Origin: an uncultured virus (IMG/VR IMGVR_UViG_3300029787_000004)
Taxonomy: Duplodnaviria; Heunggongvirae; Uroviricota; Caudoviricetes
DNA length: 64,000 bases
IMG/VR virus record: IMGVR_UViG_3300029787_000004
Reading direction: 5' to 3' (one strand)
Each line of letters starts with the position of its first letter. Positions within the stretch are counted from its first letter, which is position 1. This document shows, piece by piece, positions 35,471 to 43,817 of the stretch. The position numbers and the translations under genes are program-made. The notes below the pieces were generated by a model. The model saw nothing but the letters and a program-made list of their open reading frames with translations. It was not told where the DNA came from and made no database searches.

Positions 35471-38452
35471 GTGACTGAAATGCCCGAAGAGCATAATAAC
35501 GAGTTACCATCCATTGAGGATATCGTAGGGCAGGGTGATTTTCCTTCTGTTGAGGATTTTATTGAGCCAGAAGAAGTAGAAGAAGAAACACAGATAATTG
35601 ATGATGCTGATGGAAATGCAAAGATTGAAGTAACTGATGTTGTTCAGGCACCTGAATGGGGAGAACTTCTCCGCCTAATTAATGATGTCAGAGAAAGCAT
35701 TCCAGAAGTTCCAGAAGTTAAATCATATGATAAAGAACTAGAAGCACTCTGTGAAATTATTGATGATGTAAGAGAATCCATCCCTGTTGTTCCAGAGGTA
35801 AGATATTACGAAGAAGAACTAGAAACAATTAAGGAATCAGTTCAGTCTTTAAAGGAATCCATTCCAGAACTTCCTGTTTGGATTGAAAAGGTAACAGAAA
35901 TACCTGACTTTGAATGGATTGCTTCAACATTCAGTTCGGTTGATGAAAGATTCAAAACTGTAAAGGATTGGATTGAAAATGTAACTACTCAGGCAGAAAC
36001 TGAATTAAATCGACTGCAAGAAGAAAAAGACACTCTTGGTTTTGAAACAAAAGTTGATTTTAAAAACGTACATGATAGAGTAAATGAACTCAAAGATCAG
36101 ATCTATGGTCAGTTAAAGGAACAATCTGATATTGTTTGGAAACTCCAAAAGAAACTTAAAGAGAATCAAAAAGAGTTTGAGATTTCATTCTCAGATCAAG
36201 TAGATAATAAAGTAGATCATTTACAAGAAGTTACTGAGGAAACTGCAAAACGTATTCAGACTTCATTGAATGAAAAGTTTGAGTTTGTTGGAAATAAATT
36301 AGATGAAGAAGTAGAATCATTAAGAACAAAACTTAGTGGTTTACCTAAACCAAAATACTACGAAGAAGAACTCAAAAAAATCAGAAAGGAACTCAAAAAC
36401 TTTGAGAGTCTAAGAGAGATTGTTGAGCAGATTCAAGTAAGACAAGAAAAGGTAGAGGACTTACAGGAAAATTATCTTCTTACTGAACCTCCTGATGAAG
36501 CAGAAAATATTGGTTCTGGACAAGATCCACTTACACCATTAGATCAAAAGTTTGCAACTCTAAAAGATCTAGCAGAACATTATAGAATCTTTATCAATAG
36601 AATCCAAACCCAGATGTCCACAATGGGTGGCGGTGGTGCCGGATTTATTAAAGATCTAGATGATGTTGATATCACTGGTCTTGATGATGAATATATTTTA
36701 CAATATGATTCTGCAAGTTCAAAGTGGAAGACTGTTGCTAATAGTGGAAGTTTTGCAGCAATTGGTGGAACATTTGCAACTGACTCTGTTGGTATTCATA
36801 CCCTCAAAGCAGTTGGTATTGCAACAACAAGTGCAAGAGCAGGAGTATCATTATTTGTTGAAGGAAATATTGAAGCAACTGGTAATATTACTGTTGGTGG
36901 AACAATCACCTATGATGATGTAACTAATATCGATTCTATTGGTCTTGTTACAGCAAGAGATGGACTTCAAGTTCTCTCAGGAATTGTAACAATTGGAAGT
37001 AATATTTCAATTCCAACAAGTTCAAGTGGTATCAACACTGCTACTAATGTTCTATATGTTTCTAAGGATGGAAATGATTCTAATAACGGAACATCTATTG
37101 ATAATGCATTCTTAACAATTAAAGCTGCCTGTGGAGTGGCAACAACGAAGACTACTATTAGAGTTCTTGCTGGTAATTATAGTGAAAATAATCCAATTCA
37201 GGTTCCGGCATTCTGTGCTATCACTGGCGATGATCAAAGAACTGTCACTGTCATTCCCAATAATGCAACTAGTGATCTCTTCCATGTAAGAAAGGCATCC
37301 AAACTAGCAAACATGACGTTTACTGGACATCGAGCACCTGCTGCTGCTGTGTCATTTCCAACTGCTGATGCTGCCGTAAACCAGGGTGGTGGTAAGTGGA
37401 AAGGTCCATATGTTCAGAACTGTACTAGCGATACTACAACAGGCACTGGTGCAAGAATTGATGGTAATCAAGCACCATTGTTGAAGTCTATGAACTTCGA
37501 CTCATTCACTCAATATAATCAAGGTGGTGTAGGTATTGCCGTAACCAATGAAGGATATGCTCAGTTGGTTTCCATCTTTACTATTTGTTGCAATGAAGCA
37601 ATCTCATGTGATGCTGGTGGACAAGCAGACGTTGCAAACAGTAATTGTAGTTTTGGCACATTTGGTCTTGTTTCCAGAGGCGTTGGATCTAGACAATTTA
37701 GTAGTTCAGTTGCAGCAGCAGCAACCGTTGCTGATCAAGATGAAATTGTAATTTCTGGACTTGGAACTGGTAGACCGTATGATGGACAAGGTGTATATTT
37801 TGATATTCTTTATAATAGAGTTGAGGCAGTTACTGTTGTAAATCCTGGTGCAGGATATACAACAACCCCAAATGTTATTATTGCTACACCCACAGGACCT
37901 AGTGGAACAGCAGCAACTGCATTTGCCAATATGAATGGTGATAAAGTTGAATCAGTTACTCTCATCACTGGGGGTGATCAATATGCATCTGCTCCATCAA
38001 TTACAATTGATGCACCCACATCTGGAACTCAGGCAACAGCATCTGTTTCACTAGAACCGATTTACTATACAGTTGCTTCTTCAACACCAACAATTAGTGG
38101 GATCTCAACTATCACATTAGAAGAGAATCTAAATAACAACATAGGTTCTGGTACGACTACATACTTCCATCAACTGAGTAGAGTTGTCGCTAGTTCTCAT
38201 ACATTTGAATATATTGGTTCTGGAAATACAATTCAATCTGCCACTCCAAAAAGAGGTGGTGTGACAATCCAGGCAAATGAGGTCCTCACCGATAATGGTG
38301 GGCGAGTTGTTTATACCAGCACAGACCAGGCAGGTAATTTCCGAATCGGAGACAACTTACAGATCAATCAAAGCACTGGTACAATTAGTGGAAGAGCTTT
38401 CACTAAGAGTTTGTTCTCAGAAATGACTCCGTTTATCTTAGCACTCAGTTAG
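35471..38452 (+). CDS. virion/fibre protein: acidic coiled-coil N-half, fibre and beta-helix-like C-half (993 aa)
   Basis: E/K-rich heptads then DPLTPLDQKF; YVSKDGNDSNNG...AFLTIKAA and GPYVQNCT motifs; late promoter ATAAATA at 35452. Confidence 0.7.
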   Translation: MTEMPEEHNNELPSIEDIVGQGDFPSVEDFIEPEEVEEETQIIDDADGNAKIEVTDVVQAPEWGELLRLINDVRESIPEVPEVKSYDKELEALCEIIDDVRESIPVVPEVRYYEEELETIKESVQSLKESIPELPVWIEKVTEIPDFEWIASTFSSVDERFKTVKDWIENVTTQAETELNRLQEEKDTLGFETKVDFKNVHDRVNELKDQIYGQLKEQSDIVWKLQKKLKENQKEFEISFSDQVDNKVDHLQEVTEETAKRIQTSLNEKFEFVGNKLDEEVESLRTKLSGLPKPKYYEEELKKIRKELKNFESLREIVEQIQVRQEKVEDLQENYLLTEPPDEAENIGSGQDPLTPLDQKFATLKDLAEHYRIFINRIQTQMSTMGGGGAGFIKDLDDVDITGLDDEYILQYDSASSKWKTVANSGSFAAIGGTFATDSVGIHTLKAVGIATTSARAGVSLFVEGNIEATGNITVGGTITYDDVTNIDSIGLVTARDGLQVLSGIVTIGSNISIPTSSSGINTATNVLYVSKDGNDSNNGTSIDNAFLTIKAACGVATTKTTIRVLAGNYSENNPIQVPAFCAITGDDQRTVTVIPNNATSDLFHVRKASKLANMTFTGHRAPAAAVSFPTADAAVNQGGGKWKGPYVQNCTSDTTTGTGARIDGNQAPLLKSMNFDSFTQYNQGGVGIAVTNEGYAQLVSIFTICCNEAISCDAGGQADVANSNCSFGTFGLVSRGVGSRQFSSSVAAAATVADQDEIVISGLGTGRPYDGQGVYFDILYNRVEAVTVVNPGAGYTTTPNVIIATPTGPSGTAATAFANMNGDKVESVTLITGGDQYASAPSITIDAPTSGTQATASVSLEPIYYTVASSTPTISGISTITLEENLNNNIGSGTTTYFHQLSRVVASSHTFEYIGSGNTIQSATPKRGGVTIQANEVLTDNGGRVVYTSTDQAGNFRIGDNLQINQSTGTISGRAFTKSLFSEMTPFILALS

Positions 38453-38453
38453 A

Positions 38454-38786
38454 ATGGCACAACTTGCTCTCAATAGATTTAAAACAAAGACAGTAGTTAT
38501 TACAACTTCTGAGCAGACTGCTTATACAGCACCTGCTGGTTACACTGCCATTGTTTTGTATGCACATGTCACTAACTATGGGTCGGCAGATGCTACCGTA
38601 ACAATGTCGCATGTAAGATCTTCAACAACAACGGAAATTATTAAGCAAGGAGCTGTTCCTCAGAATGATGCTTTTGTTCCTATGGATGGTAAATTGGTAT
38701 TAGAGACAACTGATTCTATTAAGGTTTCTGCTAGTGCGAATACAACTTTAAAACTTATATTAAGTATTTTGGAGACTGCTAACTAA
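38454..38786 (+). CDS. small beta-rich putative fibre adaptor protein (110 aa)
   Basis: YTAPAGYTAIV...VP...LVLETTDSIKVSAS; similar to 39609..39968. Confidence 0.65.
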   Translation: MAQLALNRFKTKTVVITTSEQTAYTAPAGYTAIVLYAHVTNYGSADATVTMSHVRSSTTTEIIKQGAVPQNDAFVPMDGKLVLETTDSIKVSASANTTLKLILSILETAN

Positions 38787-39586
38787 TGCCAAGACTCCTA
38801 AGTAGAAAGAATTTAAGATATCCAAGACAGGATGGACAAGTTCTATCCAGTAGTTCAAAGGGGGTTCAGTCTTGGGTTGATAACAAGTCCGTTGGAATTT
38901 CTACCTTAGGAGCAGCGGTAGGAACTGCCAATACGATTAAATTTGCAAGTGGTGTAGATGTCAGTATTGTTGCTGGTGTTGCATCTGTAACTGTTGAGAA
39001 AGCAAGTAAGACTGTAACCAAGTACACAGCAACTGCCAATCAAACAACATTCGCCGCAACGTATGCTCTTGGTTACGTCGATGTATTCCTTAATGGTGTC
39101 AAACTTTCAGAGGATCAATATACTGCAACAAACACCACTTCTATTGTTTTAGATGAAGGTGCAACAGTTGATGATATTATTGAAATTGTTGCTTTTAATT
39201 TTGCTACCGGTGGTAGTAGTGGTGGAGGGGGAGATTCAAATTTTTCAATTAAATCGGGAATTGCAACTGAGGCAATCAGTGCAGGTATTGCCACCTTCGC
39301 TACAACAGCAGGAGTTTCTACACAAGTATCTGGATACCTTGGTGTTGGAGTAACAGGAACTAATTTAAATCTTACTGGTATCATCACTGCATCTGGTGTT
39401 GATGGAATTGGAATTCACTCTGGCGGAACTCTGATTCACAGTGGGATTGTTACAGCATTAAATTTTGTGGGAAGCGGTAATACTTTTGCTGTTCGCAATA
39501 ATCAGATTGATATTAGTATCTCCGCTAGTGGAGGAGGTGGTGGTTCGTCGGGTCCAGATGCAGTAATCATGGGAATGATATTCTAA
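38786..39586 (+). CDS. tail-fibre-like segment (266 aa)
   Basis: YTATANQTTF...VDVFLNGVKL domain; GIAT repeats; Gly linkers. Confidence 0.7.
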   Translation: MPRLLSRKNLRYPRQDGQVLSSSSKGVQSWVDNKSVGISTLGAAVGTANTIKFASGVDVSIVAGVASVTVEKASKTVTKYTATANQTTFAATYALGYVDVFLNGVKLSEDQYTATNTTSIVLDEGATVDDIIEIVAFNFATGGSSGGGGDSNFSIKSGIATEAISAGIATFATTAGVSTQVSGYLGVGVTGTNLNLTGIITASGVDGIGIHSGGTLIHSGIVTALNFVGSGNTFAVRNNQIDISISASGGGGGSSGPDAVIMGMIF

Positions 39587-39608
39587 ATATAACTAAGGAG
39601 ATAAAAAC

Positions 39609-39968
39609 ATGGCCGCACCAAATTTAAAAAGTCCAACAACAATTACTGGAAAGACTGCAAGATATGCTGTGACTGCATCTATTGCTGCTGCATTGAGCAA
39701 TGCTTCTTCTAGTGGTAAGGTATTAAAAATTAATAGTATTCTTTGTGCAAATGTTGATGGCACAAATGCTGCTGATATTAGTGTCAGTATTTACGATGGT
39801 TCAACAGATAGATATATTGCGAAGGTAATTTCTGTTCCAGCAAAAGCAACTCAAATTTTGTGTGCAAAGGATACATATTTTTACTTAGAAGAAGGCGACT
39901 CTATTCGTGCAGTTGCATCAGTAGCAAGTGATCTCGAACTTGTTATTGGATATGAGGATATTTCATAA
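39609..39968 (+). CDS. small beta-rich putative fibre adaptor protein (119 aa)
   Basis: MAAPNL...KINSILCANVDG...VP...YLEEGDSIRAVAS; late promoter CTAAATA at 39583. Confidence 0.65.
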   Translation: MAAPNLKSPTTITGKTARYAVTASIAAALSNASSSGKVLKINSILCANVDGTNAADISVSIYDGSTDRYIAKVISVPAKATQILCAKDTYFYLEEGDSIRAVASVASDLELVIGYEDIS

Positions 39969-41737
39969 TGTCAAAGGCAAGAGGTCTTATTACAGGAGGT
40001 AATTTTGAATCAAGATCTTCTGGAATGTATGACAGTGTTGATAATGTAAGAATTGCTGCTATATCCCAAGCGGGATTAAAGAAAGTGGGAATGGAGCAAA
40101 AAAACTTATACACCACTGGAATGACTTATCCATATGCATTTGCTTGGTCACCAGATGGACTTCATTTGTATCTCACATATAGTGGTGATTATATTAGACA
40201 TATTGAGTGTACCTCTCCTTTTAATACATCAGGATCAAGTACGCAGGCCACCTTTACCTGTTCAACTTACGATAGCACTACCTTTGCATTAGAAGTATCC
40301 CCAAATGGAAGATATCTTTATTTTGGTGGATCTTCATATGATACTATAACCCAGTTCACAATGGGAACTCCGTGGATGATAACAACCACTGCAAACGATA
40401 ATCTGGCGAATCGGTTTACTCCTGGATATGAACAAATAGATAAAAGATTAAATAATATTTTCAGTATAGGTAGTGCGGATGCAAGTGTAAGAGGATTTGA
40501 ATTTAATAATGATGGCACGAAGTTTTATTTGATTGGATTTGGTGATGACACTATCCAACAATTTGACTTATCAACTGCATATGATGTTGGAACTCTTAAT
40601 GGGTATAATGGTGCGTATAGTCTTGGTGGAGATGGTCTCACAACTCCATATAGTATAAGGTGGAATAATGATGGAACTAAATTTTTTGTAGTCAACTATG
40701 GTACAGATACAGTTGTTGAGTATAGTGTATCAAATGCATATGATGTTACAAGTGGAACAATAACTGAGGGAACAAATTTCGCTACTACATCATATGAGAG
40801 CAATCCCTTTGATGTAGCATTTAATGCTGATGGAACACAAATGTTTGTTATTGGCAATGGTAGTGACAAAATTCATGAATGGACTTTAAGCACTGGATTT
40901 GATCTATCGTCAACAGTAACCTATGTTTCAGGAACAGCATTAGGAACAACCAATCCAGCACACTTTGATTTCAATCCCACAGGAACAAAGTTGGTAGTTA
41001 TTGATTATAATACAGATCAAGTCAGAGAATATGACCTAAGCACAGGATTTGATTCATCAACAGCTACACTCTACACAACACTTGATTTATCACCAACCCA
41101 GTGGGCCCCTGCTCCCAGTGGATCCTCTTATTTAACAAATTATTTTGCTACTCCAAGTGGTTGTAGATTTAATGGTGATGGAACTACAATTACATTTCTG
41201 GATAGATATTCTTCCTCATATGATAAAGCAGTATCAATTCCGTTAACAACTGCATACGAGTTATCAAGTTTTTCTGATGGTTGTATAGATTTGGTGACTC
41301 GCGGCAGTGATCTTCCGTCATCATTTAGGTTTAATCCTGATGGAACAAAGTGTTATGTTTTGGATGGAACTGATGATAAGATATATCAGTGGAGTCTTGC
41401 CGTACCATATGTTTTAGGTAGAGGTTTAACTGCAATGGTTTATGATGGGGCATCATCATCTCTTACTTCATCAGACGCATCATTAAGAGGTTTTGACTTT
41501 ACTCCTGATGGAAAAGGTATATTTACTTGTGGAAATACTACTGATACAATTGCACACTTTACACTCTCAGTTCCCTTTGATGTTACTAGCACACTAACGT
41601 ACATGGCATCAGTAGACACAACATCATTTGAAGCAGATCCACAAGATGTTCGTGTTGTTAATACACCCAATGGATATAAACTTCATTTCTTAGGAGTAGG
41701 ATCTGATAAAATTTTTGAAATGGATATTAATTTCTAA
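39968..41737 (+). CDS. beta-propeller-type repeat protein, putative receptor-binding tip (589 aa)
   Basis: About 10 repeats of (F/W)(N/S/T)xDG(T/K)...(Q/E)(F/Y/W)xLSTx(Y/F)D. Confidence 0.75.
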   Translation: MSKARGLITGGNFESRSSGMYDSVDNVRIAAISQAGLKKVGMEQKNLYTTGMTYPYAFAWSPDGLHLYLTYSGDYIRHIECTSPFNTSGSSTQATFTCSTYDSTTFALEVSPNGRYLYFGGSSYDTITQFTMGTPWMITTTANDNLANRFTPGYEQIDKRLNNIFSIGSADASVRGFEFNNDGTKFYLIGFGDDTIQQFDLSTAYDVGTLNGYNGAYSLGGDGLTTPYSIRWNNDGTKFFVVNYGTDTVVEYSVSNAYDVTSGTITEGTNFATTSYESNPFDVAFNADGTQMFVIGNGSDKIHEWTLSTGFDLSSTVTYVSGTALGTTNPAHFDFNPTGTKLVVIDYNTDQVREYDLSTGFDSSTATLYTTLDLSPTQWAPAPSGSSYLTNYFATPSGCRFNGDGTTITFLDRYSSSYDKAVSIPLTTAYELSSFSDGCIDLVTRGSDLPSSFRFNPDGTKCYVLDGTDDKIYQWSLAVPYVLGRGLTAMVYDGASSSLTSSDASLRGFDFTPDGKGIFTCGNTTDTIAHFTLSVPFDVTSTLTYMASVDTTSFEADPQDVRVVNTPNGYKLHFLGVGSDKIFEMDINF

Positions 41738-41760
41738 ATAGTTAAAAGCAAGTATGTATT

Positions 41761-41961
41761 ATGGCTGACAAGACAAGACAATCTGCAAATCTTGTTTCAG
41801 CAGGCGGACTCGCTTCTACTGAGGGAAAGGTTGGAATAGGCACTGATGATCCGACTACTAAACTTACCGTAGTAGGAATTGTAAGCGCAACTTCATTTGC
41901 AACTCCTGATGGTCCCATTGGCGCTGGTAGTTTAAACGTATATAACATAATTGGACTATAA
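41761..41961 (+). CDS. mini fibre-shaft-like protein (66 aa)
   Basis: GKVGIGTDDPTTKLTVVG fibre motif; own late promoter CTAAATA at 41734. Confidence 0.6.
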   Translation: MADKTRQSANLVSAGGLASTEGKVGIGTDDPTTKLTVVGIVSATSFATPDGPIGAGSLNVYNIIGL

Positions 41962-41964
41962 ATA
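41957..41964 (+). promoter_or_regulatory. late promoter TATAAATA
   Basis: Exact T4 late consensus 24 bp before ATG 41988. Confidence 0.8.
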
Positions 41965-41987
41965 AGAAGAGGCCACTCTCATAATTG

Positions 41988-43394
41988 ATGAAAAACGGCA
42001 AGTGTCCAGCAGGTCAATACTATTGTTACACTGATAAAAAGTGTAAATCCATCCCTAAGGGATTTAAAGTTGTAGGAGCTGCTGGAATGTTACGCAAAGA
42101 AAATGGGCATAGTGTAGATGATGAGACTAAGAATGGGAATGGAAATGGGAATGGGGGCTCTAATGGTGGGGTTAGCGAAGGTTCCCTCAACAAGTGGTTT
42201 AAAGGATCCAAGTCAAAGGATGGTAAAGGTGGTTGGGTCAACGTTGTCACAGGTGGGACTTGCGCCAGTGATGAACCAGGGGAAGGTACACCCAAATGTG
42301 TCTCATCATCCAAACGAGCAAGCATGAGCAAGTCTGAAAGACTCTCTGCATCTCGTCGCAAAAAGAAAGCAGATCCAGGACAACAATCAAAATCTGGTGC
42401 TGCCAAACCAACTTACGTTTCTACTGATAAAAAGAAAATGAAAGAAGAAGTATTTTCAGAAGCAGATAAGAAAGGTAAGGGTAGTGGGACAAAAGATGCC
42501 TGCTATCATAAAGTAAAATCTCGTTACTCTGTATGGCCTTCTGCATATGCTTCTGGTGCCCTTGTAAAGTGCCGTAAGAAGGGTGCTGCTAATTGGGGTA
42601 ACAGCACTAAGAAAGAAGGATTCTCACCTTCTCAAATTGCTGCTCTTGAAGCAAATGGTTTTGTCGAGACAAACAAACTTGGTGAAGCATGTTGGAAAGG
42701 ATATGAAAAGAAAGGTATGAAGACCATGTTTGGAAAAAGATATCCAAACTGTGTCAAGAAGACAAAGAAAGAGGAATTTGAAGTACAAGAAGCAGCTACC
42801 ATTCCTCGTCAGAATGGTCAAGTCATGAGAATTTTCCTTACCTTCCGAGGTAAGTTTTATATGACTCAATTGTTCTTCCCGTCTCTGAGAGTTCCTAGTA
42901 AGGCGGAGATCACAGACGCTGTTCAAAAAGTATACCCGGATGCTCGCGTTACTCAGTATTCCCCATCCAGTCCTGATCCTACTCAACCATTGATCAGAGT
43001 TGCTGAGGAGCAGAATGATGGAAAGAATGATTCGCTAGATCGTAGAGATCAAATGATTCAGCGTAGACAACTTGTTCTTAATCGTCAGAAACTTCAACTT
43101 CAACAAAAAGCATTGAAGTCAAAGAAAAAGACTGACATGAACGTTCAGACAGAAGCGAAGAGTGCTGCTTGGCAACGTAAAGAGGGTAAGAACAAAAAAG
43201 GCGGTCTCAATGAAAAGGGTCGTAAGTCTTATGAGCGCGAGAATCCTGGTTCCGATTTGAAGGCACCTCAACCTGAGGGTGGTCCTAGAAAAAGATCTTT
43301 CTGCGCTCGCATGGGTGGAATGAAGGGACCAATGAAGGATGAGAAGGGTCGTCCAACCCGCAAAGCACTTGCATTAAGAAAGTGGAAATGCTGA
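41988..43394 (+). CDS. multi-module basic protein, putative internal head polyprotein (468 aa)
   Basis: Chain of short K/C-rich modules (SLNKWF, DACYHKVK...WPSAYASG, CWKGY...PNCV, GGLNEKGR...SFCARM...ALRKWKC). Confidence 0.75.
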   Translation: MKNGKCPAGQYYCYTDKKCKSIPKGFKVVGAAGMLRKENGHSVDDETKNGNGNGNGGSNGGVSEGSLNKWFKGSKSKDGKGGWVNVVTGGTCASDEPGEGTPKCVSSSKRASMSKSERLSASRRKKKADPGQQSKSGAAKPTYVSTDKKKMKEEVFSEADKKGKGSGTKDACYHKVKSRYSVWPSAYASGALVKCRKKGAANWGNSTKKEGFSPSQIAALEANGFVETNKLGEACWKGYEKKGMKTMFGKRYPNCVKKTKKEEFEVQEAATIPRQNGQVMRIFLTFRGKFYMTQLFFPSLRVPSKAEITDAVQKVYPDARVTQYSPSSPDPTQPLIRVAEEQNDGKNDSLDRRDQMIQRRQLVLNRQKLQLQQKALKSKKKTDMNVQTEAKSAAWQRKEGKNKKGGLNEKGRKSYERENPGSDLKAPQPEGGPRKRSFCARMGGMKGPMKDEKGRPTRKALALRKWKC

Positions 43395-43458
43395 TATTGT
43401 ATCGTTCTGATACAGACGAATAAATAAATAGGAATTATACTAAAATTTTATAGTTTGT

Positions 43459-43698
43459 ATGGACACGAAATCCTGCCCCAAATGTGGGGCAACATGGGTA
43501 GATGGTCAACACTATTGGCACACTGGTAAAATTGGCAGCGAAGTTGATTTAGCTGGATTAGTGTGCAATAATCTTGGCGATGAAACATGCGTCAATCCGA
43601 TGGTTGGATCAGAAATCGGAGACACTTGGGAAAAACGATTAGTTAGTTTGAGAAAGTATGGAAAAGATGACTCCTCAGGAGAGATTGAAAATCTGTGA
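43459..43698 (+). CDS. small Cys-rich hypothetical protein (79 aa)
   Basis: CPKCGATW, DLAGLVCN...CVNP; ATAAATA at 43420. Confidence 0.75.
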   Translation: MDTKSCPKCGATWVDGQHYWHTGKIGSEVDLAGLVCNNLGDETCVNPMVGSEIGDTWEKRLVSLRKYGKDDSSGEIENL

Positions 43699-43816
43699 AT
43701 CCTGTGAATACTTAAAGGGTAAATATAAGAGGTGCTCTATTTGCAATTGTTTTATGGAAGTTAAGACAAGACTTCCGTTTGCAAGGTGCCCACATAATCC
43801 CCCTAAGTGGACTTGA
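43658..43816 (+). CDS. small Cys-rich protein (52 aa, MEKMTPQERLKICESCEYL...RCSICNCFMEVKTRLPFARCP...KW), DUF6171-like; not in ORF track
   Basis: Manual translation; RLxICxxC...CxxCxCF..K.....CP...W pattern; stop 1 bp before gp17 ATG. Confidence 0.75.
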   Translation: MEKMTPQERLKICESCEYLKGKYKRCSICNCFMEVKTRLPFARCPHNPPKWT

Positions 43817-43817
43817 T

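Noticed and set aside
42132..42158. AATGG(G/A) hexamer run
   Set aside because: Simple NG linker within the multi-module protein
43779..43817. ORF-track N-terminal extension of gp17 from TTG 43779
   Set aside because: This region belongs to the 52-aa Cys-rich ORF; ATG 43818 gives the typical ...YLGNPNLK start
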